The notes under the pieces were generated by a model. It did no database searches, was not told the DNA's origin, and saw only the letters and a program-made list of their open reading frames with translations. Both the position numbers and the translations under genes were made by a program. Shown one piece after another: positions 13,520 to 23,889 of a stretch of 64,000 bases of DNA (its first letter is position 1; each line of letters begins with the position of its first letter). Origin of the DNA: Rhizodiscina lignyota (Eukaryota); assembly GCA_010015805.1 (NCBI GenBank), contig ML978129.1, forward strand, positions 806,001-870,000. The letters run 5' to 3'.

Positions 13520-14551
13520 CGCGCTGCGGCTATGGAGTATGTAGACAAGAGCACCTTTTCAAAAACGCTTGTACCTCTTCTGTCAATCTCTTTCTCAATA
13601 CCGTCTGGCTATGCAGCTCGTTACTCTTGACGACGACAGCGTGACGGAAGTCGGTGATGTATCGGAAGTGCTATTTCGAGCGGGCATTGCGCAAGATTTT
13701 CTTCACATGGTCGTACAATGGTGGCGATATCGAGTCAATGGTACCGCCTCTGTTGCACAGCTTTCCTGGACAATGCGATGACAATCTCGGAGAAATGCCC
13801 TGCAGCTCAATGCACCCCGGAGATGAGTTTAGACGAGGATGAGATGCGAGGAAGTACGTTTCATTTCTCAACGCTTTTCGCAGTCTGCCTCGTTGCTGTG
13901 GCACGCAATGACGGCCATCGAGATCAGATCGGCGGGAACAAGGACAGCGTGCGCCCAACCACCGCCACATCAGCGCGCGTGTGAACTGGCAAAAGCGCTC
14001 GCCGAATCCTGTTCCAGGCAGAGGCACTCGCAGGCGGCCTTGGAAGCGGGCGTGTTTGAGGCGCTGGGCCAGCTGTGGTGCCAACTTTTCTTGGTTGCCG
14101 TGCTGCAGCGACGCCACCCGGGAGCGCACATCGCGAATGACAGGCCTGTACCGCTGTTTCAGCAGCCGGCCAATGGGCTTCGAGTGCCGGGGCCAGCGCA
14201 CCCGTGATTGGCGGTGGGTGTGGGGAAAGCGGCTAGGATCGACGCGCAAATGCTCCTCTCCTTGATTGCACAAACGACTCTTTAAAAACAGGAGAGCATC
14301 CCTTCTTCTTGCATTCCTCGCCTTTGCCTCCTCTTCGAACCTCAGCCACCTTCAATTCTCTCAAGAGAAGCCTCTGCTCTTTTCTTCTGCGCAGCTGTCG
14401 CTCGCTCGCTCGCTCATCTGGAAGCGTTTTACTCTCGCTTTTGCAAAGCCTCCAATTCACTTCGTTGTTCGACAAAACACCTCTTCCACCTCCCAACTTC
14501 AAATTTTCTCAACCGACCTCCATTCGCACAGTCTCTAGCAAACTCGACAAA

Positions 14552-15365
14552 ATGCGCGCCTCTACCACCTTCGTTCTCTTTGCCAGCGCCGCTCTCGCGG
14601 TCGCTGTTGCTCAAAACAACCCGGAGGACTTCAACGCCGACACCATCCCTCGTGCCTACACTTCGATGGAGCCGGTGCAGCAAATCTGTAAGTTGAAATT
14701 CTCATCCTTATCGCAATCTCGCGTAGATAATGCAAGCACTTAACGCGTCGCTCCTCCCTTGCTATCTTCCACCCACACATCTCAAACACGGATCTTGAAA
14801 ATCTATTAACACAAAGGCAGCCGACGGTCAAGTCCAGAATCCTGGAGGCACTCCAACGCCATACGAGTCGACCACTCCGTCTTCTCCAGAGACCACCCCA
14901 ACTCCCGTCGTCTCTGTCTCTGTCTCTACCGCGCCACCAGCACCACCAGTCTACTCTAGCGTCAAGACTAGCGTCGTGGTCTCCGTGTCCGTGTCTGTTC
15001 CGTCCTCTGCTCCGGCTGCTCCACCATCTTCCGCGCCACCAGCTCCTCCAGCTCCTCCGGCGCCGGCTGTCAACAGCAGCACCCCGGCAGCACCTGTCCC
15101 GGTCACCAGCACTGCAACCCCCGTCGCGCCCAGCGTCCCCCAGACCTATCCGGCTGGCAACTCGACCACTAGTGTTGTCGCGACGCTGAGCAGCACCGCA
15201 ACGGCAACGATCTCGGGCTCGACTGGCAGCGGCGGCAGCAGCACCCCTGCTGGTGGTGAGTCGGCTACGAGCAGCGCCCCGAGTGAAGTTAGTACTGCTG
15301 GAGCCGCCATGGTGACGGCTATGGGCTACGGCGTCGTTGGTCTCGTCGGCCTTTTGGTCGTCTAA
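14552..15365 (+). CDS. Secreted Ser/Thr/Pro-rich cell-wall protein with one PIR repeat and a GPI-type C-terminal signal
   Basis: Signal peptide MRASTTFVLFASAALAVAVA; intron 14688-14820; spliced QQISDGQVQ; hydrophobic tail AGAAMVTAMGYGVVGLVGLLVV*. Confidence 0.85.
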
Positions 15366-15905
15366 GTTCCCTATCATGGCTTCGGCGTTTCATGTGAATG
15401 GGTGCATTGACGTAATGGTGCTGAGAGAAAGATTGACTTCATGGGGGAATTTGACTTGGGGGAGAATTCGTAATCTTGCCGGCGAGACACCATTTTCAAT
15501 TTTGGAGGCATGGCTCACCTTGGATGGCTGAAGTTTAGTGAATGGGGACGAGGAGAAGTAGTCTGTCAAGGTGAACAGAAAGCAAAACTCATAACTCAAC
15601 TGCCTCAATGTCCTTCAATGTAAACAATAAGCATTAAGGTCGATTGGCGGCAGCCTAGATAGCGTAAATGACGAAACATACACGCTAAATCAATTCCGCA
15701 CCCTCATTCGATGCACTCGTGCCTGCCCATGGAGGTGACAAAATAATTGAGTCCGAGTATTTATCCAAAACATACAGCTTCGGTGTGTACAAACTGCATT
15801 AACTCCCGAAGACAAACATCCCCGCAGTTCAATATTGCGCGGCCATGACTCAACTATCTTGTCACCAGACGTCCTTGCCGCCTTCATCTGCCCTTCGCTC
15901 ATACT

Positions 15906-17645
15906 TCAAGGGAATCTCGGAACCTCCACCTTAACCTCAGTCGCCGTTCTCCAGCGTGCCCCCGTACGCCGAATTTCTCTTCCGCTCAGTGTCCAGAGCA
16001 CTAAATACATATGCATAATCACCTCGCCAGCGCAGAAAACACGAACAGTTCCCAAGGTTGTCCACTCGTTTCCAGATGGATCTAAGGGTCGTTGAATGCC
16101 CTTGTCGGTATCCACGTTTCGTCCACAGCGGACTGACCAGCCGAGTGATCCTTCGCCGATTGTCTTGCACAGGGATTCCCAGAATGCAATTTGCTTATCT
16201 AATGGCCAACTGGTAGTATCGAATTCCCAAGAGCCTCGAGTGTGCTTGCCGATGGGGCCATGTTCGATTGGTTTGTAGCGTTTCACGAGATTCTGAATGT
16301 TCGCGAGATTGGCGAGCGCCATGGTTATGTAGGACGATTCTGCGAAGGACTTGTTCGAAACTGGTGGATCTGGAGCATGTACTTCGAACGGGAGCGTAGA
16401 TAGTGACATAGCGGAGCTCACTGGGACTGTTGTACGATCACCTGCTGTTAAAGGTCGAATGGGCTTGTTTACAGCTTCTTCCTGGAACCGCTGTGAGCGG
16501 GGGCGACTGCCGATTATATGTTTCTTGTCGTTGTAAGGTTTGCTGGGCGAATAGTTTGCCTTTGCTGCCATAATATCGTTTGTGCACTCTGGCACAAGAC
16601 CCGTGATCGCAATTGGAGCAAACGAGGTATCCGGCACGTCGCCTCCGACAGGAAACAAAGGCCGCTGGGGACTCGCAAGTACCTGAATATCACTTGTCTG
16701 TGGCGCGCCTGGTACTTCAGTGCGCGCGTGTGAGACACGCTCTGCTTCATCATCACACTCAGCCTGGATCTGACTGCTAGAGCCACGATATATTTGCGTA
16801 GCAGGAGACAAACGCGGTTGTAGTGGTGACCCGGGCGCAAGGACTTCCACGGGAATCGGCTGTGACTGCTGAGTGGTGACTTGGGACGTGTCGGTACTTG
16901 TGGCGCTAAGCCCATAGTCTGACGGGAGCAACGAGTTCAAGCTATCTGGCTGCGGCGTTCGGGGTCGTGCGCTATGACGGCCATGTCCGTTCTCATGATC
17001 CGAAAGGTTGTGGTCCTGTTGTGGCATGGCATTTGGCACCGCGAGTTCGAGGCTCGCGGTTTCGGCAGTATAATGTTGGCTATCATTCTCCTCGTCACTT
17101 GAAAGACGAATCCGCTTAGGCGGTGGTAGTCGAGACTCGTCGGAAATATGAAGGCCACTAATTGGAAAGTTTTTATTCTCCAACTGAGAGATCAACTGGC
17201 TCTCCAGCGCGGAGAATGCGAATTGAGTGTCGAATATGATGTTACTATCCGTCTGATCATAGTTTATCGGTCTTTTTCGATTGAGGCTCCTAGAGCTACG
17301 CTGCCAGATCTCCTGTATCTGCTCGAGCCTTTCCATAGGCGAGCTCCGAGGTCGCTGATGCCCATCTTGGTGAATGCTCAGCATCTGAGACAGCTCTGGA
17401 GCCGTTGTTCCCCGGTTGCTCATATCGGTAACATGTCCAATCTGGCTCCGCGTACCGCCAGGGTAGGTTGGCTGCAGTTGTTCAGAAGGTGCAGGCGTCT
17501 GATTGGCAGAGGCCCTCTCACCCGACTCGCGCGAGAGATGGAGTGAAGTGCTCGGTTTGTACTTGAGATAGGCAGCGGCTTGCGCGAGGTATCGATCGTC
17601 TTCTTTGCGAGATGTAGACGCGCTGATGTGTACCAACAGCTCCAT
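15906..17645 (-). CDS. Hypothetical fungal protein: short ordered N-terminus, disordered middle, Trp-rich globular C-terminus
   Basis: Uninterrupted 579-aa ORF. N-terminus ELLVHISASTSRKEDDRY; C-terminus RGSWEFD...VRVFCAGEVIMHMYLVLW. Confidence 0.75.
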   Translation of the reverse strand: MELLVHISASTSRKEDDRYLAQAAAYLKYKPSTSLHLSRESGERASANQTPAPSEQLQPTYPGGTRSQIGHVTDMSNRGTTAPELSQMLSIHQDGHQRPRSSPMERLEQIQEIWQRSSRSLNRKRPINYDQTDSNIIFDTQFAFSALESQLISQLENKNFPISGLHISDESRLPPPKRIRLSSDEENDSQHYTAETASLELAVPNAMPQQDHNLSDHENGHGRHSARPRTPQPDSLNSLLPSDYGLSATSTDTSQVTTQQSQPIPVEVLAPGSPLQPRLSPATQIYRGSSSQIQAECDDEAERVSHARTEVPGAPQTSDIQVLASPQRPLFPVGGDVPDTSFAPIAITGLVPECTNDIMAAKANYSPSKPYNDKKHIIGSRPRSQRFQEEAVNKPIRPLTAGDRTTVPVSSAMSLSTLPFEVHAPDPPVSNKSFAESSYITMALANLANIQNLVKRYKPIEHGPIGKHTRGSWEFDTTSWPLDKQIAFWESLCKTIGEGSLGWSVRCGRNVDTDKGIQRPLDPSGNEWTTLGTVRVFCAGEVIMHMYLVLWTLSGREIRRTGARWRTATEVKVEVPRFP

Positions 17646-19047
17646 GCTCTTTTAGCGTACTCGATAATCTTTGAGTTATGGAACTGGCGATTCACACACC
17701 GTGTAGGCGTCTTCGGGCAGCAGGGTGCTGTGATGGGTTATAGACCGATAGAGCACCCCAATTGAAGATGTTGTACTACTCATCTTTGCGATTCTTCCTC
17801 CGTATGCTTCACACAACCCGGCTGGTCAAACAATTGGTCAGTGTCTTGTTTCGCTTTGCGTTCTTCACGATGCTGACAGGGTGGTTCTTCGGGAATTCTC
17901 GATGCAAGTTCTGTAAAGCAGAAGGGAATGACCTCGGGAAAGCGATCTGATTGACGTGTCTTAGGGCTGGGGCTTTCACCCGACGCGTGACGCGCTAGCA
18001 CGTGCACTTCATTTACCCGACGTCCTGACGTCCCGACGCGACATAAGCACCTCAGGCAAAGACCTCACTTCGTGAAATTGAGGAGAAATTTGTATTGATC
18101 TAAACTCCTTCCTACAAGGCGTATGCGACGCAGACATTCTCCTAATCGACGGCAAGATTGAACGAATCACAGACTTGGGAACCATTCACGGATAGACGAC
18201 GTTTACAACTTCAACCTTATCCTCATTAAGGGATTGCTGCCACAATCCGCCGTGCGCTCCGCGCTGATCGGACGAGACTGCATTGGCTGTGACCAGAGGA
18301 CATACATATCCTCCGATAGCTGTAGGCAACGTTTTCGCCCCGTATCCGATGGGATAGTTGAAAGAAGCATATTAGTACCAACCGCTTTTGAGCGATATGG
18401 GAAATATACGAGCATGCCCATGCGCACTAGTACCTTGGCAAAGGAGGGGAGAACTGGTGGGCTGCTTACACTTTCTCTTCAGCTCCTCTGCAGCTCATCT
18501 CTCGTTCTTCCTTCTTATGGCTTAGGTGCTTCAAATGTTATCCCATGCTTCTCGCTTCTTTGGAGCAGCCCTACTTGTAATCCGCCGACGTCCTTAGTGA
18601 CATGCTTAGGTACCGATGCAACGATCAGGGTCTGCCTGCAGTCGTCAGATTATCTAACAGTTCATTCGCTGTGTACATTGATAAGTCATCCTTGGCAATG
18701 CTTAGCGCCGAGATGCGATTGATGCCCCAGGTCGATTCCCCACGAATCACTGATTCGTGCCACCAACAACAGCGAAGAAGCTATCCAATCGGACAATATC
18801 GTGGATTAATCGCGAGCTGAAGCTTCTTCTCCAGCATCATGAGCGTTGTTACTATAAAGTGAAAGGATGTTTGCCCATATTCGCTTAGGGTAGACATCTA
18901 CCTTACTGGGTTCTTCCATTCGATCTATATCAATCTGCGTTTCTGAATTGAGCTTCTCATTTAGTCCCGCTCTCAGCTTGTCTTGTTCATTTTCCAATTC
19001 TCAGCTTCTTTTGATTCGACTTCCTTCACTGACGCTGCGGCCTTGCC

Positions 19048-20156
19048 ATGGCGGTGAGCGGCACCGATCTTGCAATTCCAAAGGGCTCCCTGGTAGTTGT
19101 TACAGGTGCCAACGGATATATTGGCAGCAATGTTGTTGACCAACTTCTTCTTACTGGTTACCGTGTAAGAGGGACTGTTCGCAACATGAAGCATGCAGAG
19201 TGGATGCAGCCTCTTCTCGACGAGAAATACGGCAAGGGGAAGTTTGAGCTCGCTGAGGTAAAGGACATGGCAGCGAAGGGTGCCTTCAATGAGGTTGTGA
19301 AGGGAGCATCCGGCTTCTGCCATGTTGCAACACCAGTGATGGTATCATTTGACCCGAACGAAGGCGTCCCAATCGTCGTCAATGGTATTCTTCACGCACT
19401 GGAAGCTGCCGCCAGCGAGCCCTCTGTTAAGCGAGTGGTCATGACTTCGTCCTCCACCGCAGCTGCCAGTCCACAACCGAACAAGGTATTCACCATGGAC
19501 GAGAATACGTGGAACGAGGACGCCGTCAAAGCAGCATGGGCTCCACCACCATACGAAGGCCTTCAGCGCCGGCTCGACGTCTACTCGGCCAGCAAAACAC
19601 AAGCTGAACAGGCTGCATGGAAGTTCATGAAGGAGAAGAATCCGGGCTTTGTTCTAAATTGTGTACTGCCGAATATGAATATTGGGCATATCCTCTCCGT
19701 CAAGGACCAAGGCTATCCGAGCACCTCTGGCTGGGTTAGAGCACTCTGGGACGGCTTTAAAGGCCACGAAGATCTCGAGTACAAGTGAGTCTCATATACT
19801 CTTGCGCGAGCATGCAAAATTCAACCGCCGGACTAATTGATTTCTGCAGTCCTCCGCAATACTATATCAATGTCCAGGACAATGCTCGAGTACATATAGC
19901 GGGTCTCATTTATTCTGATGTGAAAGGAGAAAGATTGTACTCATTCGCCCACCCGTACAATTGGAATGATATGCTTGCCGTACTCAGGAAACTGTATCCG
20001 GACAGGAAATTTCACGAAGACTATTCTGACATTGGGCATGACCTCAGTAAGGTGGCGAACGAGCGCGCCGAGGAGCTCGTGAAGCGTTTTGGACAACCAG
20101 GATGGACAAGCTTGGAGGACTCTATCAAGGCAGTCACAGATACGATCGTGTCATGA
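19048..20156 (+). CDS. NAD(P)-dependent epimerase/dehydratase family, aldehyde reductase II-like
   Basis: VTGANGYIG, VMTSSS, YSASK; intron ~19785-19849; INVQDNARVH. Confidence 0.9.
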
Positions 20157-20456
20157 CTCGATGCAAGGGCGCAGGAAGCTTTCGCTTGATTTTAGGTTCA
20201 CTTTGACTATGGAAGCCTATTAGTCTTTAAGCTAGTTCCTCAGTGAGTATGTAGCACTCAAACCAGAGTAACAAATTCCCACCAACCATTATCACGATTA
20301 CTCTCTGAACACATCCATCGTCGTTGCTAACGTCACGTGATGTGTATTTTTAGCGCGGGGCGAGCGCCAAGATTTCCGCTCCCACAAGAATTCCACACTT
20401 TTAAACATCGTGAACTTGCGCTTCTTCCTGCGTCAACTCAAATTATCATCACCAAC

Positions 20457-22304
20457 ATGGCGCCGATTTCACTTGTTGATGTTGTTGGGGCAATGCCCGA
20501 AACAACAGATAAATGGGGCCCCTCCGAAACGAAAGACACGATGATAAATGGCGTGCCATATGCGCCATACTCAAAATCGGACAAACTTGGACGCATGGCC
20601 GACTGGACAGAAGGGAAGGACAGAGACCGGGGAGGAAGACAGCAGTATGGCGGCAGAAACTACAGAGGTGCGACTCTGCGAACTAAGTGTAATCGATTCC
20701 ACGTCATTACTAACTTCTAGAAGACCAGCAAACGTACGGCGCGAATCAACAGAATCCATTTGCGATCCAAGCAGCGGAAGAAGAAGCTACTTTCTCAGTT
20801 GTCGACAACACCCGCACATCAGCAAGAACTCGAGGCTTCGGTCGAGGAGGTGGGACTATCTTCCGAGGTCGGGGACAACGTGGTGGCCAAACACAACGTG
20901 GAGGACGAGGTACATTCCAGCGTGTTGGAGGAAGAGGTGGGCAACAGGGATACGATTCGCGCGGCGGCCGAGGTGGCAGGCGCGGAGGCCGTTATGGATG
21001 GAGAGACGACAAGCCACAGCGCAATCGGGATGCCTCGGTCAACGTCAAGCCAGACTGGACGCTTCTGGAAGAAATTGACTTTGTCAGACTGGCGAAGCTC
21101 AATCTGGAGACAAATGAGGGCGAGGAGATTGATAGCTATGGCTTTCTCTACTACTACGATAAGGCCTACGACCGGAACCCGGGAGCGAAGACCTCAGAGA
21201 GGAAACTCAACGTTCTTGAACGAGCTGCGTACAATGTCACAACCTCAAGCGACCCTATCATCCAAGATCTCGCAGATAAGGACGAAGCAACCGTTTTTGC
21301 TACCGACAATATTCTCAGCATGCTCATGTGTGCCCCTCGCTCCGTCCATTCCTGGGACCTTGTCATCACTCATCAGGGCAACAAGATCTTCATTGACAAG
21401 AGAGAAGGTTCAAACCTGGACATGGTCACTGTGAATGAGAACGCGGCTGACGCGCCTCTTGAGGCTTCTGAGGGCAACAAGGACACCATCAACAGCCCTA
21501 GTGCGCTAATGATGGAGGCGACGCATATCAACAACGTCTTCCCCATCCAAGTTGTTATTGAGTCCGACACTCAAAGAAAAGACATGGCAAACGAGCATCC
21601 ATTCTACAATCCGAATGTTGAGACCGACCCTCCAGCTTCGAAAGCGTACAAGTACCGCCGATTCGATCTCTCTCTGGAGCGCGATGAGGAGCCGCTGCAC
21701 CTGATCGTCCGAACAGAGCTCGATGCGATAATGAAGAATAACATCAGCGGAGACGACCAATATCTCGTCATCAAGGCCCTGAACGAATTTGATAGCAAGG
21801 CGCCAGGAAGCGGCGGTGCTCTTGACTGGCGGTCCAACCTCTCCAGCAGACGCGGTGCTGTCGTTGCTACTGAGATGAAGAATAACAGCTGCAAGCTTGC
21901 CAGATGGACTGTACAGTCGGTGCTTGCCAACGCAGATGTCATGAGGCTTGGGTAAGTCTATTTTCCGAATCGCTGTGGGTGCACTTTTCTGACATGAGCA
22001 TAGATTTGTCTCCCGCGCAAACCCCCGAACGCCGAACGACCACGTCATTCTCGGCGTGCTGCCCTACAAGCCTCGTGATTTCGCGGCTCAGATGAATCTG
22101 AACCTTGCGAATGGCTGGGGTATTGTGAGGACGATTGTCGACATGTGTCTCAAGATGTCAGAGGGCAAGTACGTGCTCATCAAGGATCCCAACAAGAGCG
22201 TGCTGCGCCTGTACCAGGTGCCTAATGATACCTTTGAGGAAGAGGGTAGCATTGCAGGAACTCAGACGATAGAGGAGGCTGATGGTGAGGAAGGTGGTTC
22301 GTAA
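20457..22304 (+). CDS. moe1: Eukaryotic translation initiation factor 3 subunit D
   Basis: [20 protein letters not shown]-rich tract, [40 protein letters not shown]. Introns at ~20668-20723 and ~21952-22003. Confidence 0.93.
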
Positions 22305-22865
22305 GAATATGGATTGGCCCGGGAATGACTGGATGGTTGAATCGAGCAGTTCATTCGAATAATGCGATACGAAAAACGGCGTGACGCATTAAAATCAGTG
22401 CAAGAAGCCTTTATCTCAGCCGGACAGTCTTCATTATGAGCCACGAACAATTTATGTTCTGTGTGTGTAAATTGATACGGATTCATAAGCACTCACTGGG
22501 TGAATTAGCTACCAAGTTGTGTTATGGCGTCTGCTCCTCTTCGACAATTTCAACTTAAACTTGAATAGTAGTTTGCTTTTGTCATCTGGAGAAAGGGTAA
22601 TCATCCGTACTGTGCATTATCGAACCGGTGATGTGTTCTGAATTCAAATAGAGCGGTTAGTTAACGTGGACGGTAAATTCGGTTGGGAGTAGAACAGACC
22701 GGACGGAGTTATTGGATGTGATCTAAATGTAGATCGATCAGTGCCCCTGAAAGCTTAACATTTGTAAAGAATCATCTAAATAAAGTCTGCAGGGGAGAAA
22801 ATACAAGGGGCGAATCTTGAAGCAGTGATAGAATCCATAGAAACACAACTTTTTTTAGATTGAAA

Positions 22866-22881
22866 TACTATATATATAGTA
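22866..22881 (+). promoter_or_regulatory. Palindromic TATA element about 30-40 bp upstream of the tRNA gene
   Basis: TACTATATATATAGTA, a perfect palindrome, at the position expected for TBP/TFIIIB binding. Confidence 0.6.
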
Positions 22882-22908
22882 CACAATTTCAAATCTCAGA
22901 AATTTTAC

Positions 22909-23048
22909 TCCGTTATGGTGTATCGGCTAGCATCGCCCGCGTCAGTTTACCTCTCCCGTCTTTTACTCCAACAATTGACTAACGTCCAATCAGTTTCATT
23001 CAGAAAGCTCGTGCCGGGCAGAGCCGGGTTCGACTCCCGGTAACGGAA
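22909..23048 (+). tRNA. tRNA-Glu(TTC) interrupted by a 53-nt spliceosomal-type intron (22941-22993) and a 15-nt canonical tRNA intron (22999-23013)
   Basis: Acceptor stem TCCGTTA/TAACGGA; D arm GTGT-ATCGGCTA-GCAT; anticodon stem GCCCG/CGGGC; T arm CCGGG-TTCGACT-CCCGG. After both excisions the anticodon loop is C-T-TTC-A-C. The body resembles fungal tRNA-Glu. Confidence 0.9.
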
Positions 23049-23053
23049 ATATC

Positions 23054-23058
23054 TTTTT
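23054..23058 (+). terminator. RNA polymerase III terminator (T5)
   Basis: TTTTT begins 6 nt after the tRNA 3' end; longer T runs follow at ~23081-23100. Confidence 0.65.
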
Positions 23059-23889
23059 GGCCTTCTCGACTCAGTATTTATTTTTTGGGGTTTATTTTTT
23101 GATGAATTGAAATTCTAGACTCCGAAGGCAAGCTAAATGTCGGAAACGCTTCTTCGGCGCAGCTTGTACGGTGGAAAAGCGGGACGTACGAGGGTCGACG
23201 AAGCCTCTTCAACCCAAGGCACCCACTTCGAACAGCACGCATAGTTCGCGCGGAGATGGTTCTTCGGTGACAACCGAACACGTTAAACAACGACATATGT
23301 ACTGAGCAGAGAAGACTCATTCAGATAAGCGCATGACTAGAGAGCGGCACATTTATTCTGTGAGGTATGTCCTTCACGAGGCCGGGCCAATTATTCATAT
23401 GCATCTTCGGTGAACCATCTTCAATTATTGGTCTACGGGAGTCATAACACGTGTGTACTGCGACACGAATCCTCTTCCACAGGGAACGTACGATGTAAAT
23501 AACAGTAGGCCGGCTACGAAGAAGCGCTGTCGAGACCAGCTGTACGGTCAAAGCAGGACCCTATCGCGCATTCGTTTGATTTTGCGATGTGTGAGCGCCT
23601 GATGCTTAATATCGCTCGGTCACTGGACAATTTTCTCGTTATATACCTCGGGTGGGAGCTTCTGTCGAGGCTCGAGCTTTGTAGAGCCCCTAGAGGGGAG
23701 CGAGGTTGACGCGGGCACCATGCTTGTCTCACAGTTAGCACATGAGATTGAGCTTCCAACATTTCGGAGGCACCGATTGCATGTATTGGCCTGAATTTGG
23801 CCGTCGCACTGGCGCCGCTGGGATCGCATTGTGGTTTGATAGTGCTGTTTGGTTTCACAGTTCTCTTATCCTGTATGCTCATTGCATCG

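Noticed and set aside
13569..14538. Overlapping ORFs upstream of the wall-protein gene
   Set aside because: GC-rich then CT-rich promoter/5' UTR sequence with no protein-like frame.
22909..23048. Calling the tRNA as Asp(GTC) with one long intron
   Set aside because: GTC would occupy positions 33-35 with no U33. The body is Glu-like, and the two-intron model gives a perfect 7-nt loop.
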